Shown here in pieces: positions 44,847 to 54,309 of a DNA stretch of 64,000 nucleotides. Below the pieces are notes generated by a model, which saw nothing but the letters and a program-made list of their open reading frames with translations, did no database searches and was not told the DNA's origin. Every line of letters starts with the position of its first letter. Position 1 is the stretch's first letter. Source of the stretch: an uncultured Gammaproteobacteria bacterium (lineage in GTDB: Bacteria; Patescibacteriota; Patescibacteriia; Veblenbacterales; UBA10138). Where the stretch lies: NCBI GenBank assembly GCA_964453605.1, contig CAYVOI010000001.1:676095-740094 (forward strand), read 5' to 3'. A program made the translations under genes and the position numbers.

Positions 44847-46622
44847 CTACCCCGTAGTGTGCCTAATATCCTCAAGCTCGCCCGCTACGGCTTGTTCAGC
44901 GGCCGCCAGTGCCTTCTGGAGCTGGAGGCTGATTTTTTCCTCCTCGACCGTAAGTTCACGTTTGGTGCGAGTGCGCTCTAAGAGCCGCAGCTGCCGCTTG
45001 AGGTTGTCCTGCAGCGTGCGGAACGACCGGTGGAGCAGCCGCTCAGCCGTGGTTACCTCTTGCTGTACGGTGCGACGCAAGCGACGGAGCTTCACATAGC
45101 CGTAGACCGCCACCACCATCAGACCGAGGAGTAGGCACGCCAGGGTGACGAACATGGTCAGGTAGGAAATTGCCAGCTTACCAAAGTGCAGCAGCGGGCG
45201 CTCGCGTACGAGCAGTACCTGCGGCTCAGTCGGCAAACTCTTAGCTCCCCGGTTGTCGGTGACCTGCAGGGTGTACTGGTAGGTACCAGCGCTCAGGCGA
45301 CGAGGCCAGGTCACGGTAAAGTCGCCCAGGCCGTCGCTTGAAACATCTTGGTAGGCTGGCGGATCTGATTCAGCCACGAGCGTCAGGCGCACCTGTGCCG
45401 CAGGGTAAGTTCTGCCGCGCACTACGAACGGCTCTGACGGGTCAAGCTCAGTCGGGGCGTTCAGTAGTACCGGCTGGCTAATGGGTAGAACCTCGAAATC
45501 TTGTGAAGCGGTAACGTAGTTACCGGCTGCGTCAACTGCCTGTACCAACATGGTGTGCTTGCCCGGTGCCTCGGGCGGCAGGACGTACGGGTTGCTCGAC
45601 ACCACCACGGCGGCAGCCAAACGAGCGAACTCTTGATCGCCCACCTTAACGTTGTAGTGATCAATACCGGAAGGCAGATCGGTGGTGTTAAAGAGCGCAG
45701 TAGGTGTGGGGTTGGTAGTCGGTACACTGTCAACAAACTTAATTGAGAAGGCGTCAGGTTTCTGGGTGTCTATTTGAAACCGGAAGTGGCTAATCGCTCC
45801 CCAGCCCTTAGCATTGTGGAGCCGAATATGGAAGTACCACACCCCGTCATCTACGTTCTCGTAGGTATAGGAGGTGCGTAAACCATCAGACCGTAGTCCA
45901 GGGTCACTGGTCGGGTTGTGGTCGGCGAGCACGTTTACCCCATCGGTACCGGGCGGATTCACCCAGCTAAACGTGGGGTTACTATTCGCGTACCACTTGT
46001 TGGGGTCAGGGTGGGTAGATGAAGAGACCTGCGGGGCGGCTGGTACACCAGCCACTACCACCGGGCTGCTTGATTCAGGTGCCGCTGATGAGGACCCCCC
46101 TAAACTATACTGGGCGCTACCTACCCCTTCGAGCATATTCGTGCCCTGGCCATCGTTCGCCAGCACCGAAGCAGAAGCAAAACCTAGCCGTGCCTCACCC
46201 ACCGCCTTGACCTTAAAGGTAATACTCACCACCTTGCCCGTACCCTTAAACCCGGGATTAAGCACAATACCTTCGAACCGCACCTGGCCCACAGCATTAT
46301 CAAGCGACGGTTCCTGCACCCACAAGCTCACGATTGAGCCGCTCTTTGACAGCGCGGTGGCTTGCAGCTCGTCAGGCGGGAACGATACCCGGCCTGAAAC
46401 CGCATTCATAGCCTGATCGGGCGAGGCCACGTACACACTCACACTGAACGTTTGCCCGACGCCGTAGCTGCCGCTCGCAGGGGTAAACGTTAAGCTGGCT
46501 GCTTGAGCATAGACCGGCCGGGCGCCAAGCGCGAGCCCCGCGAGTAGCACCAGGCAGGTGAACACACGGCCCACCAGCGGCTCGAGGTACTGCCACCTAT
46601 ATCCGTTGGAACCTACGCGCAT
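44847..46622 (-). CDS. membrane-anchored surface protein with an N-terminal cohesin-like domain, Ig-like middle domains and a C-terminal TM plus coiled coil
   Basis: Signal peptide. 'LTFTPASGSYGVGQTFSVSVYVASPDQAMNAVSGRVSFPPDELQATALSKSGSIVSLW' has a cohesin-like pattern. C-terminal TM 'ISYLTMFVTLACLLLGLMVVAVYGYV'. Confidence 0.55.
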   Translation of the reverse strand: MRVGSNGYRWQYLEPLVGRVFTCLVLLAGLALGARPVYAQAASLTFTPASGSYGVGQTFSVSVYVASPDQAMNAVSGRVSFPPDELQATALSKSGSIVSLWVQEPSLDNAVGQVRFEGIVLNPGFKGTGKVVSITFKVKAVGEARLGFASASVLANDGQGTNMLEGVGSAQYSLGGSSSAAPESSSPVVVAGVPAAPQVSSSTHPDPNKWYANSNPTFSWVNPPGTDGVNVLADHNPTSDPGLRSDGLRTSYTYENVDDGVWYFHIRLHNAKGWGAISHFRFQIDTQKPDAFSIKFVDSVPTTNPTPTALFNTTDLPSGIDHYNVKVGDQEFARLAAAVVVSSNPYVLPPEAPGKHTMLVQAVDAAGNYVTASQDFEVLPISQPVLLNAPTELDPSEPFVVRGRTYPAAQVRLTLVAESDPPAYQDVSSDGLGDFTVTWPRRLSAGTYQYTLQVTDNRGAKSLPTEPQVLLVRERPLLHFGKLAISYLTMFVTLACLLLGLMVVAVYGYVKLRRLRRTVQQEVTTAERLLHRSFRTLQDNLKRQLRLLERTRTKRELTVEEEKISLQLQKALAAAEQAVAGELEDIRHTTG

Positions 46623-47511
46623 ACCACTGCCAGGCTAAGTATAAGACCAGGCTGCTCATGAAGAGTAGTATAGCGCGAAGCCAAACCTGGCGATACCAGG
46701 GCGTAGCTGAGGCGGGGAGTACGGCCAGCCGCTTGTTACCAGCGCCATCCACCGCGCGCACGTACAGGCTGCTACTACGAGTTTGATCGTGGAGCAGGTA
46801 GGGACTCTGGGCTGGCTGCCAGTGGAGGCCATTGGCAGCGGCACGGGGCGGGCCAGGAGCCTCGGCCACCTCATAGGCGGCCACACCCACGCCCTTGTCT
46901 TGCGTGGTAAAGGCGGCAAACCACTGGCCGTCGAACACAGCTGGATCACGAGCCAGTGCAATAGTAAAGGCTTCGGGCGGTGTGGTATCTGGCGGCGGGA
47001 CCGCGGCTGGACTGGCCTGCGCCGCCAGCTGAAGCTGGAGCGATGCGTGCGTAACTGGCGCCGCCGTGCCCTGACCGTCGTTCAACAAAAACTGTTCAGC
47101 ACTTGAGCTCAAGGTGACCGTCCCGGGCACATGTGCGGTAAACACCAGCGTAAACAGGTAGCCCTGGCTCCCGCGGTAGCCACCGGGTATGATGCCCGAA
47201 AAAGAAACGTCGGCCGCCGTACTCTGGGGTGGTTCAAGCCACAAGCTCACGACCGATCCACCCTGCCGTACCTGCACCACGGTTAGCTGGCTGGCAGAAA
47301 AACGTATGCTGCCCGAGATGGCATTGATACTTTCTCCCTGACTATCGAGGTACACGGCGACCTCAAATGGCTGGCCTACGCCGGCGGGAGCTGGCGGAAC
47401 GCTGAACGACAACCCGGCAGCGAACGCCGGCTGTGCCAACAGGAGTCCCAGCACAAAGAGCAAACGAAGGAATCGCTCAAGGCACGGCGGTAAAAAAAAC
47501 ATATCACGCAT
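46597..47511 (-). CDS. membrane-anchored cohesin-like domain protein, a paralog of the N-terminal module of 44847..46622
   Basis: 'LSFSVPPAPAGVGQPFEVAVYLDSQGESINAISGSIRFSASQLTVVQVRQGGSVVSLW' aligns with the neighbouring gene. C-terminal TM 'WLRAILLFMSSLVLYLAWQWY'. Confidence 0.55.
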   Translation of the reverse strand: MRDMFFLPPCLERFLRLLFVLGLLLAQPAFAAGLSFSVPPAPAGVGQPFEVAVYLDSQGESINAISGSIRFSASQLTVVQVRQGGSVVSLWLEPPQSTAADVSFSGIIPGGYRGSQGYLFTLVFTAHVPGTVTLSSSAEQFLLNDGQGTAAPVTHASLQLQLAAQASPAAVPPPDTTPPEAFTIALARDPAVFDGQWFAAFTTQDKGVGVAAYEVAEAPGPPRAAANGLHWQPAQSPYLLHDQTRSSSLYVRAVDGAGNKRLAVLPASATPWYRQVWLRAILLFMSSLVLYLAWQWYARRFQRI

Positions 47512-47517
47512 ACACTG

Positions 47518-48882
47518 CTAGCCTGTCCAGTAAAAGGCCATAATGCTGAAATCGATCAAGTTCACCTGCCCATCGCCGTTGAGATCAACACGGGCGGGGG
47601 GCGAGGCGCGCTTGTACCAGTACGCCAGAATAGAAAAATCAATCAGATTCACGCGACCGTCGCCCGTGACGTCACCGGTGAGTGGCACAGCTGGCGACTT
47701 AGTTACCGTTTTATCGCCCACGGTAAAGCTCACGAGTTTGCCGAACGCCGTAATTTGCCCACCTTGAGCAGCTTTTGATTTGGCAGTGTGGTCACCCAGC
47801 TCAAGCGAGCTGGTAGCTACATCGTAGGCGTAGCTACCGTCGCTGTCGGCGCTAGTTTTGAACAGCTGCGGCACGGCCGAATCTACCTGAATCGTAACCT
47901 CGCTCCCGGGCGCCGTGTAGCCCACCACGGTCACGAGTTCACCCTGCTTCACCTGGGTTTTATCAAGATCGATGGTCGGCGCGAGAAAAATACCGCTGAC
48001 GGTAGCAGTCGCGCCAGCGGTGAGTGATACCGGAAAGGTGAACAGTCCAGACCGATTGCCGTTTTTATCGTCGGCGTACACGGAAAAAATGTAGCTCCCC
48101 GCGGTCAAGTCACTGAGCGATGAGCTAAAACGAGCATCGGGGCCGGCTATGGTCGTCACTGCTACCTGCCCGTCTTTAAGAATAGTGACGCCACTAGCTG
48201 GGTAGGCGCGACCAGAAAAGGACACGCTGGCGCCAGAGCTGACCGGGGCAGGCACACCCCCACCCCCTCCTCCGCCACCCCCACCCGGTGGGGATGGCGG
48301 GGACACCACAGCCGCACTGCCGAACAGCGCAAAGGGGCTGAAACTGCTGGCACTGGCCGTCACGGTCCGCGCCGTAGTGTTCACCGTGCTGGGCAGGGCT
48401 TGCCAGCCCGCGCCGCTCCAGTGGTAAGCTTTCAGGCTGGCTTGATCAATGCCGCTGACGTCGCTGGCGGTGTAGGTAAAGGTCAGGCTCAGAGGCTGGT
48501 TAAAGCTTGTCACCGGCGTGCCATCAGCGGCGCTGGTAAAGCTCACGACATACGTGGTAGCAGCCGCCAGCTTACCTTGGGGCAAGGGGTGCGAATCGGT
48601 AATCGAGGTAGCCAACTCGGCCACCACATCCATTTTCAAATCCGTACTCGTGCCGAGTGCCCCAGCTGGCGAAACAATATCGAGGCTGGTACCGGTTGGG
48701 CTCACGAGCGAACTGGTGACCAGCTGGCTGCTGTTGAACTGGATGGTGTTCTCAGCTAACGGCACAATGGCCGAAACAGCCACCGACCCTTGCTGTGCTT
48801 GACCAGCCAAGACGGGCAGTAGTACAACCACAGCTATCGCCATGGCTCCTACCACCCACGATACCACGGGGGCCCGCATCAC
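47518..48882 (-). CDS. secreted protein with a C-terminal dockerin domain
   Basis: Signal peptide. Poly-Gly (12 G). The C-terminus carries two Ca-binding dockerin repeats, 'GDVTGDGRVNLIDFSILAYWY' and 'VDLNGDGQVNLIDFSIMAFYW'. Confidence 0.75.
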   Translation of the reverse strand: MMRAPVVSWVVGAMAIAVVVLLPVLAGQAQQGSVAVSAIVPLAENTIQFNSSQLVTSSLVSPTGTSLDIVSPAGALGTSTDLKMDVVAELATSITDSHPLPQGKLAAATTYVVSFTSAADGTPVTSFNQPLSLTFTYTASDVSGIDQASLKAYHWSGAGWQALPSTVNTTARTVTASASSFSPFALFGSAAVVSPPSPPGGGGGGGGGGVPAPVSSGASVSFSGRAYPASGVTILKDGQVAVTTIAGPDARFSSSLSDLTAGSYIFSVYADDKNGNRSGLFTFPVSLTAGATATVSGIFLAPTIDLDKTQVKQGELVTVVGYTAPGSEVTIQVDSAVPQLFKTSADSDGSYAYDVATSSLELGDHTAKSKAAQGGQITAFGKLVSFTVGDKTVTKSPAVPLTGDVTGDGRVNLIDFSILAYWYKRASPPARVDLNGDGQVNLIDFSIMAFYWTG

Positions 48883-49877
48883 GAAGTTCTAGCGGTGGCG
48901 CTGGCTTTACGAATGATCCACTGGTTGTAGCGGTGTATCCCCCAACGCCCGAGCACGGTGAGGCTGAGCAGTACAATGAGTGCCACCAGCAACAGCTGCC
49001 ACGGAATAAGGAACAGGTTATAGGCCGAGCTCACGGTTTCACCTCGCGTGCCATAGCTCAAGTTTAGGTGGGCGGTGTACCAGCCAAAGGCGAAGTTGTG
49101 CCACTCGCGGCTGACGGCGGCAAAAAATCCTGAACCACCTGCCGCGGGGTGAGAAGCAGACCAAGCGACCTCAAACCGACGCACGCTGTTCGGCAGTACG
49201 TTGCCCTGACCGGGGTTAGCGTCCAGCCTTACCGCCGTACCACCAAACATGTTGGTGACCTCAATTTGTCCTAGCGGCTGGACACGATCGCCGCCGCCGT
49301 TGTGAAATCGGTAGTAGAAATTTACCGGCAGAGCAGTAAAAAACTTCTGCCCAGTGGTGGTGCCGAAGCCCAGTAGACCGTCGACTTCTTTCACACTACC
49401 AGTAACGTTAAGCAATACCAAAATACCAACCTTGGCGCCCAGGGCCACCTGCCCTGAACCGGGGGCTGGAGGCGGGCTGGCAGTCCAAAAAATGGCCGCA
49501 AAGTGGCCGCCCGGGTCAGCGTCCTTGGGTACGGCAACGCTAAAGTGTAGCATTTTACGTTCAGCCGCCGCCAGCGTCACCTGCCGCGGGGCTTCGAGCC
49601 AGGTGGCCAAACCTTCTGTGCCAGGGGTAAAGTGCGGCGTGCCACTTTCACCCTGGGCTTCAAAGTTCTCGAACGAGGAGTAAAATGTTTTGCTGGCACC
49701 TTCGTCGTTGTAGAGCTCGAACGTGCCGTTGATGCTTTGACCGGGGTCGGCGGTAAGCTCCAAGCGCACCGGCGACAAGGTCAGCGCCCTGGCCCCCGGC
49801 ACGCCCGCAGCAAAAACAACTAGCCAGGTCACCAGGGTTACGGCGCTAAACGTAGAGTAACGCGCCAGTTGTTTCAC
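48879..49877 (-). CDS. cell-surface protein with a C-terminal TM anchor (DUF916/DUF3324-like architecture)
   Basis: Signal peptide 'VTLVTWLVVFAAGVPGARA'. 'LTLSPVRLELTADPGQSINGTFELYNDEG' beta-sandwich start. C-terminal TM 'LLLVALIVLLSLTVLGRWG' and a basic tail. Confidence 0.45.
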   Translation of the reverse strand: MKQLARYSTFSAVTLVTWLVVFAAGVPGARALTLSPVRLELTADPGQSINGTFELYNDEGASKTFYSSFENFEAQGESGTPHFTPGTEGLATWLEAPRQVTLAAAERKMLHFSVAVPKDADPGGHFAAIFWTASPPPAPGSGQVALGAKVGILVLLNVTGSVKEVDGLLGFGTTTGQKFFTALPVNFYYRFHNGGGDRVQPLGQIEVTNMFGGTAVRLDANPGQGNVLPNSVRRFEVAWSASHPAAGGSGFFAAVSREWHNFAFGWYTAHLNLSYGTRGETVSSAYNLFLIPWQLLLVALIVLLSLTVLGRWGIHRYNQWIIRKASATARTS

Positions 49878-49919
49878 AAGCAGAGCACTAAGGCTTAAGC
49901 TAGGTACGTAGAGTTGGGG

Positions 49920-51008
49920 CTAAAAGTTAGCCGTCGCTACGTACGTCAAGTTGGCGCTGTAGCTACCAGCCTGAGTGGTGCTGGCAATGTTGGCAATGTA
50001 GTGCACCGAGTAGGTGGTGGTGGCCGACGAGCTGGAGGATGACGCCACCTGGTCAGCGGTGCTGGCGGTGGCCCCGTAGTAGAACTGACTACTCGTGCCA
50101 TTGTAGTTAGTGACCACGCTGCCCGAGCCACCCGAGGCGGTGAGGTAGGTGCCAAACTGCGCCGTACCAGCGGCCGAGGCCGCCGGCGAGCCGGTGATAG
50201 CGGCAATGGTATTAGCGCCCGAGGTAAGCGTAGCGCCTTGTACGGTAATGGAGTAACCGCTGGTACCGTTGGTAGCCGCGGTGATGGTGTGCGCCACCAC
50301 GTCGCTGGCTGAGCCCGAGCTGGTGTTGGCATACTGCGGGGCTGAGGTGCTCAAGGTGCCGAAGGCAATAGAGTTGGCTGAAATGGCAAAGCTGATGGTT
50401 TGGTTCACGGTGGCGGTTACGGCGACCGTGCTGTTGCTCACAATGCTCACGCTGATGGTACCAGTATCGCCAAAGGTTCCAGCTACGGTTACGGTGCCCG
50501 TGCCCGCCGTCGGGTTGGTGATCTGGTGCGTACCAGTGCCGCCGGTGACGGCGTTGGTACCGACGCGCAGGCGGACACAGTTACCAGCGGTTGAAGTGCC
50601 CGTGCCGGAGGTAATGGTGAGCACCTGACCAGAAACCGCGGCACCCCACGTGGAGCCAGAAGCAGTCGCCGCTAAGGTTTGCTCGGTGTAGGTAGCGCTG
50701 GAGCAAGTGGCACTGTTGCCCGTAGCAAAGTCAACATCACCAAACACAATGGAGCTCAAGACGAACCCAGAGCTAAAGGTATAGGTAACCGTGTTGCCCG
50801 CGGCAATGCCCGTGGGTGAAGCAAACTTAATGTCGTGGTTGGCTGCCGTGCTGGCAGTCAAGTTGGACATAACGTCAGACAAGCTCGACAAAGACCCGGC
50901 GAGGGCAGGCGACGGCGGTAGTGCCACGGTAGTAGTGGCTATAGCCACGGCTAAACCAGTGACAAGAACCTTAAACTGCTGGAATGTTTTTTTATGTTGG
51001 ACCATCAT
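49920..51008 (-). CDS. secreted Thr/Ala/Ser/Gly-rich protein, paralog A, with the conserved C-terminal module '...AGSYSANLTYVATANF'
   Basis: Signal peptide 'FKVLVTGLAVAIATTTVALPPSPALA'. Extensive similarity to 51105..52079 over the C-terminal ~150 aa. Confidence 0.55.
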   Translation of the reverse strand: MMVQHKKTFQQFKVLVTGLAVAIATTTVALPPSPALAGSLSSLSDVMSNLTASTAANHDIKFASPTGIAAGNTVTYTFSSGFVLSSIVFGDVDFATGNSATCSSATYTEQTLAATASGSTWGAAVSGQVLTITSGTGTSTAGNCVRLRVGTNAVTGGTGTHQITNPTAGTGTVTVAGTFGDTGTISVSIVSNSTVAVTATVNQTISFAISANSIAFGTLSTSAPQYANTSSGSASDVVAHTITAATNGTSGYSITVQGATLTSGANTIAAITGSPAASAAGTAQFGTYLTASGGSGSVVTNYNGTSSQFYYGATASTADQVASSSSSSATTTYSVHYIANIASTTQAGSYSANLTYVATANF

Positions 51009-51104
51009 AATGTGCCTGGTTAAAGTCGGCTCCCTTCAAAAAGCCGAGGAATTAAATTATGAACACCTCTATTATACCACACCTCGCGACGCTTGCCTAG
51101 GGCC

Positions 51105-52079
51105 CTAGAACGTACCGGTAGCTACGTACGTCAAGTTGGCACTGTAGCTCCCGGCCACGGTAGTTGAACTAATGTTAGCCAAGTAGCGCAGCGAAAAAAC
51201 CGTCGAGCTGCCGTCACCCGCGCCAGAGGCTACCTGGCTTGAGGTAGCAGCAGTGGCGGCGTAGGCAAACTGGCTGGTGGCGGCGTAGGGCGAGGTAACG
51301 GTGCCGGTGCCCGAGCTAACATTGATGCGCAAGCCGAACTGGGCTGTGCCGGGCGCGGAGGCGGTGCTGGTGCCACCAATCGCCGCAATGGTATAGGCGC
51401 CATTACTGGTGTTGGTCAGCGTGGCGCCCTGCACGGTGATCACGTAGCCGCTGGCCGCATTGGTAGAGGCAGTTAGGGTGTGAGCCTCAACTTCGCTACT
51501 CGAGCCACTACCCGTGGTGGCGTAGCGGGCGGCGCTCGGGTCAAGCGCACCAAAGCCGATGCTATTCGCCGAGGTGCTAAAGGTGAGCGACTGGGCAGCA
51601 GCCGAGGCAGTGGCACACACCTTGGTGCTATAGGCTGTGCCGTCGCCGGCATGCGCGTTGGTAACCGCTGACATAGATGCCACCGTAGTATCGAAGCCCG
51701 TACAGTTGCTGGCCTGATACCCCACCGAAACTGAACCCGAGGAAACTGACAAACAGGCGCTATTCGCGTAGTTCGATTGGCTGTTCTGCTCCACGTGCGC
51801 GTTGGTAACTGCCGACAGTTTGAGCACGGTCGCAAACGTACCTGAGCAAGCGTTGCCCAAGCCAGTCACGCCGCTGCAGCAAACTAAGTTCGTATAGTTA
51901 GACTGGCTGGGTAACTCAGCATGGGAGTTGCTCGTCGAGTACAAACGGAACACTACCACGCTCGGGCCCGTGCAGGTGGCGCTGACCGAACACGTCAAGG
52001 TGCCACCCCAAGCCGAGTGACCGACCCCGAGGTAGGCTATGGCTACGACCAGGCACGTTAGGAGCCGACGTTTAGTCAT
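51105..52079 (-). CDS. secreted Cys-containing Thr/Ser-rich protein, paralog B, with the conserved C-terminal module '...AGSYSANLTYVATGTF'
   Basis: Signal peptide 'LLTCLVVAIAYLGVGHSAWG'. An N-terminal region with ~10 Cys. C-terminus homologous to paralog A. Confidence 0.55.
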   Translation of the reverse strand: MTKRRLLTCLVVAIAYLGVGHSAWGGTLTCSVSATCTGPSVVVFRLYSTSNSHAELPSQSNYTNLVCCSGVTGLGNACSGTFATVLKLSAVTNAHVEQNSQSNYANSACLSVSSGSVSVGYQASNCTGFDTTVASMSAVTNAHAGDGTAYSTKVCATASAAAQSLTFSTSANSIGFGALDPSAARYATTGSGSSSEVEAHTLTASTNAASGYVITVQGATLTNTSNGAYTIAAIGGTSTASAPGTAQFGLRINVSSGTGTVTSPYAATSQFAYAATAATSSQVASGAGDGSSTVFSLRYLANISSTTVAGSYSANLTYVATGTF

Positions 52080-52112
52080 CTTGCGCTCAGTAGGCCAACC
52101 AAAAAGAAGGTG

Positions 52113-53144
52113 CTACTTGTACACCAATTCAATAAATGCGTCTTGGAAGGTGGTGGTGGTAGTGCTGGCAGCTGATTTATACGTTACCGAAATAATATTG
52201 TTCGCCGTGGTGGTGTTAACGTTGGTAGCTGTACCTCGCACAATCTGTGTAGCGGTGGTGGAAATGCCCGTAGTGCCCTGGTTCACAAGCTTAATGTAGC
52301 CGTCGCTGGTGGCGCTGGCACCGGTGGTTCTGACCGTGACGACAAAGGTAACCTCAAACGGTATGGTGGTGCCGGAGGTAGCTGAGTTAGCGGTCACGGC
52401 TTGCTGCATCAGTCCGTCGGAGGTGGTACCGTTGGTGCCGATTCTGACCGAAAAAGTGCTGGCGTTGGCGGCCGAAGCGGTGGTGGTGCCATGGAGGGTT
52501 ATGCGAATGATAGTGCCGGCTTGCAATCGGTTGGCGGCCAGGGCCGCGGTTTTGGTGATCACGGTTTCTGTAGTATTGATAGCGGCGCTGGCCGCTGTAA
52601 TGGACACTACCCCCGTGCCCCTATCGGTCTCCACGTAGTTCGTGCCATCGCCCTCAACCACCTTAGCCAAGGTACCCGTGTTAGGATAGGTTGGGGTGGA
52701 CCAGGTCGGCGCGCCCGAGGCGCCAGACAAAAGCACCTTGCTGGCCGTAGCTGTACCAGCTAGTATCGCTAGGCTGGCAGCGCCAGAATAAACTATGCCG
52801 CCATTCGACGCTGTTAAGCTGGCGCCAGCACCGCCGTTACCTAAGGGTAAGTTGCCTGTCACGCCATTGGTAAGGTCCACCTGCGCCCAGGCGGGGTTGT
52901 TGCTCGACCCGGTGTTCGAAAGGTAGCGCGTTGAGCTAGCATTTTTCGCCAAGGCCGCCAGCGTATCCGCCGCCGAGCCATAGAGCAGGTCCCCCTGCAC
53001 TACCCCGCCCGACACTTCGGTAAAATTGTGCCCGGGGTTGGGGGCAGTAGCAAACACGATTCTGGCAACAGTTACCGCGAGTGCTGCCAGTAAGAAGATA
53101 GATAGAATGATATTGCGGCTAGCAGGCAGCGTAAGGTGTTTCAT
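52113..53144 (-). CDS. secreted Thr/Ala/Gly-rich protein (fibre or adhesin-like)
   Basis: N-terminal TM/signal 'IILSIFLLAALAVTVARIVFA'. Low-complexity beta-rich body. Confidence 0.45.
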   Translation of the reverse strand: MKHLTLPASRNIILSIFLLAALAVTVARIVFATAPNPGHNFTEVSGGVVQGDLLYGSAADTLAALAKNASSTRYLSNTGSSNNPAWAQVDLTNGVTGNLPLGNGGAGASLTASNGGIVYSGAASLAILAGTATASKVLLSGASGAPTWSTPTYPNTGTLAKVVEGDGTNYVETDRGTGVVSITAASAAINTTETVITKTAALAANRLQAGTIIRITLHGTTTASAANASTFSVRIGTNGTTSDGLMQQAVTANSATSGTTIPFEVTFVVTVRTTGASATSDGYIKLVNQGTTGISTTATQIVRGTATNVNTTTANNIISVTYKSAASTTTTTFQDAFIELVYK

Positions 53145-53196
53145 AAAACGTAAGGTTAAGTGTCGCTTGTAGTATACCTAAAAACAGGCCCGTACA

Positions 53197-54234
53197 CTAT
53201 TCCTCGTCTGCCCGCGGCCGCTCTAAGAGCGTGGGTTCAATGCCGGCAGCCTCACCCGAAATACGCAGCACGTCTTTGTCGATTTTCCCAAACTCTTTGT
53301 AGGCCGAGTTGTACATGTTCACCGTGGTGCCCAGGTTATTCCCTAACTTTTTCATGTACTCGTCGTAACTCGCTAAGTGTTTTGCCAGGGACTCTACGTT
53401 CTTACGAATTTCTTTGGCTGACTCTTCTATTTGCAAAGCCTTAAGCCCCTGCAACACGGTTTGGAGGTAGGCCAGGAAACTGGTGGGTGACACGATGATA
53501 ACATGTTTCTCTTTAAAGGCGTACTCAATGAGATCCCGCGTGTTCACCTTCACCGCGCCAACTTGCGCCACTAACAGATCATAGTAAATAGCTTCGTGCG
53601 GTATGAACATGAAGGCAAACTCCATAGTATTTTCGCCTGGCTTGACGTACTTAGCAGTTTCGTCAATACGCGCTTTGAGATCAGCCTTGAACAGTTTCTC
53701 CAAACGCTCTTTCTCAGCCGGGTCGCGTTCCTCACTCAGGCGGTTGTAGTTCTCCAGCGAAAATTTAGAATCAACTGGAATTATTCTGTCCTTCACAAAC
53801 ACCACAGCATCCACAATCGTGCCGTCCTTAAACGCGTACTGCATTTGGTAGCTGCCAGCAGGGAGCACGTTCTTAAGTAACGTTTCCAAGTAGTACTCAC
53901 CCAAGATGCCGCGCTGCTTAGGGTTCTTTAAAATATCTTGGAGCGATTGCAGCTGGTCGGCAAAGTTCACCACCTGCCGGTTGGTTTCGTCGAGTTTAGT
54001 AAGTCGCTCCGTAACGTCGCGGATAATTTTGGCGCTCTCACCGAACTGGCTCTGCAGCACCTTGGTGGACTCGCCTAGCTTGGTGTCGAGTGTGCGCGTA
54101 ATTTCATTTAACTGGTTTTGAAGTAACAAAAGTGAACTACTGTCGGCGGGTGCTGAGCCACGCGACTTAAGCTGCCATACAACCACAGCAAAACCGGCTA
54201 TGACGATTAGTGCCAAGATAATCTCGAAACTCAT
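53197..54234 (-). CDS. rmuC: DNA recombination protein RmuC
   Basis: N-terminal TM, a long coiled coil, and the 'FAFMFIPHEAIYYDLL' RmuC core. Confidence 0.8.
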   Translation of the reverse strand: MSFEIILALIVIAGFAVVVWQLKSRGSAPADSSSLLLLQNQLNEITRTLDTKLGESTKVLQSQFGESAKIIRDVTERLTKLDETNRQVVNFADQLQSLQDILKNPKQRGILGEYYLETLLKNVLPAGSYQMQYAFKDGTIVDAVVFVKDRIIPVDSKFSLENYNRLSEERDPAEKERLEKLFKADLKARIDETAKYVKPGENTMEFAFMFIPHEAIYYDLLVAQVGAVKVNTRDLIEYAFKEKHVIIVSPTSFLAYLQTVLQGLKALQIEESAKEIRKNVESLAKHLASYDEYMKKLGNNLGTTVNMYNSAYKEFGKIDKDVLRISGEAAGIEPTLLERPRADEE

Positions 54235-54309
54235 AACCTTAGTTTAGCAAAATAAAAAAGGCTTGAAAACTACACACCATCGGTGGTATAGACTCAAGCC
54301 CTCATTGCG

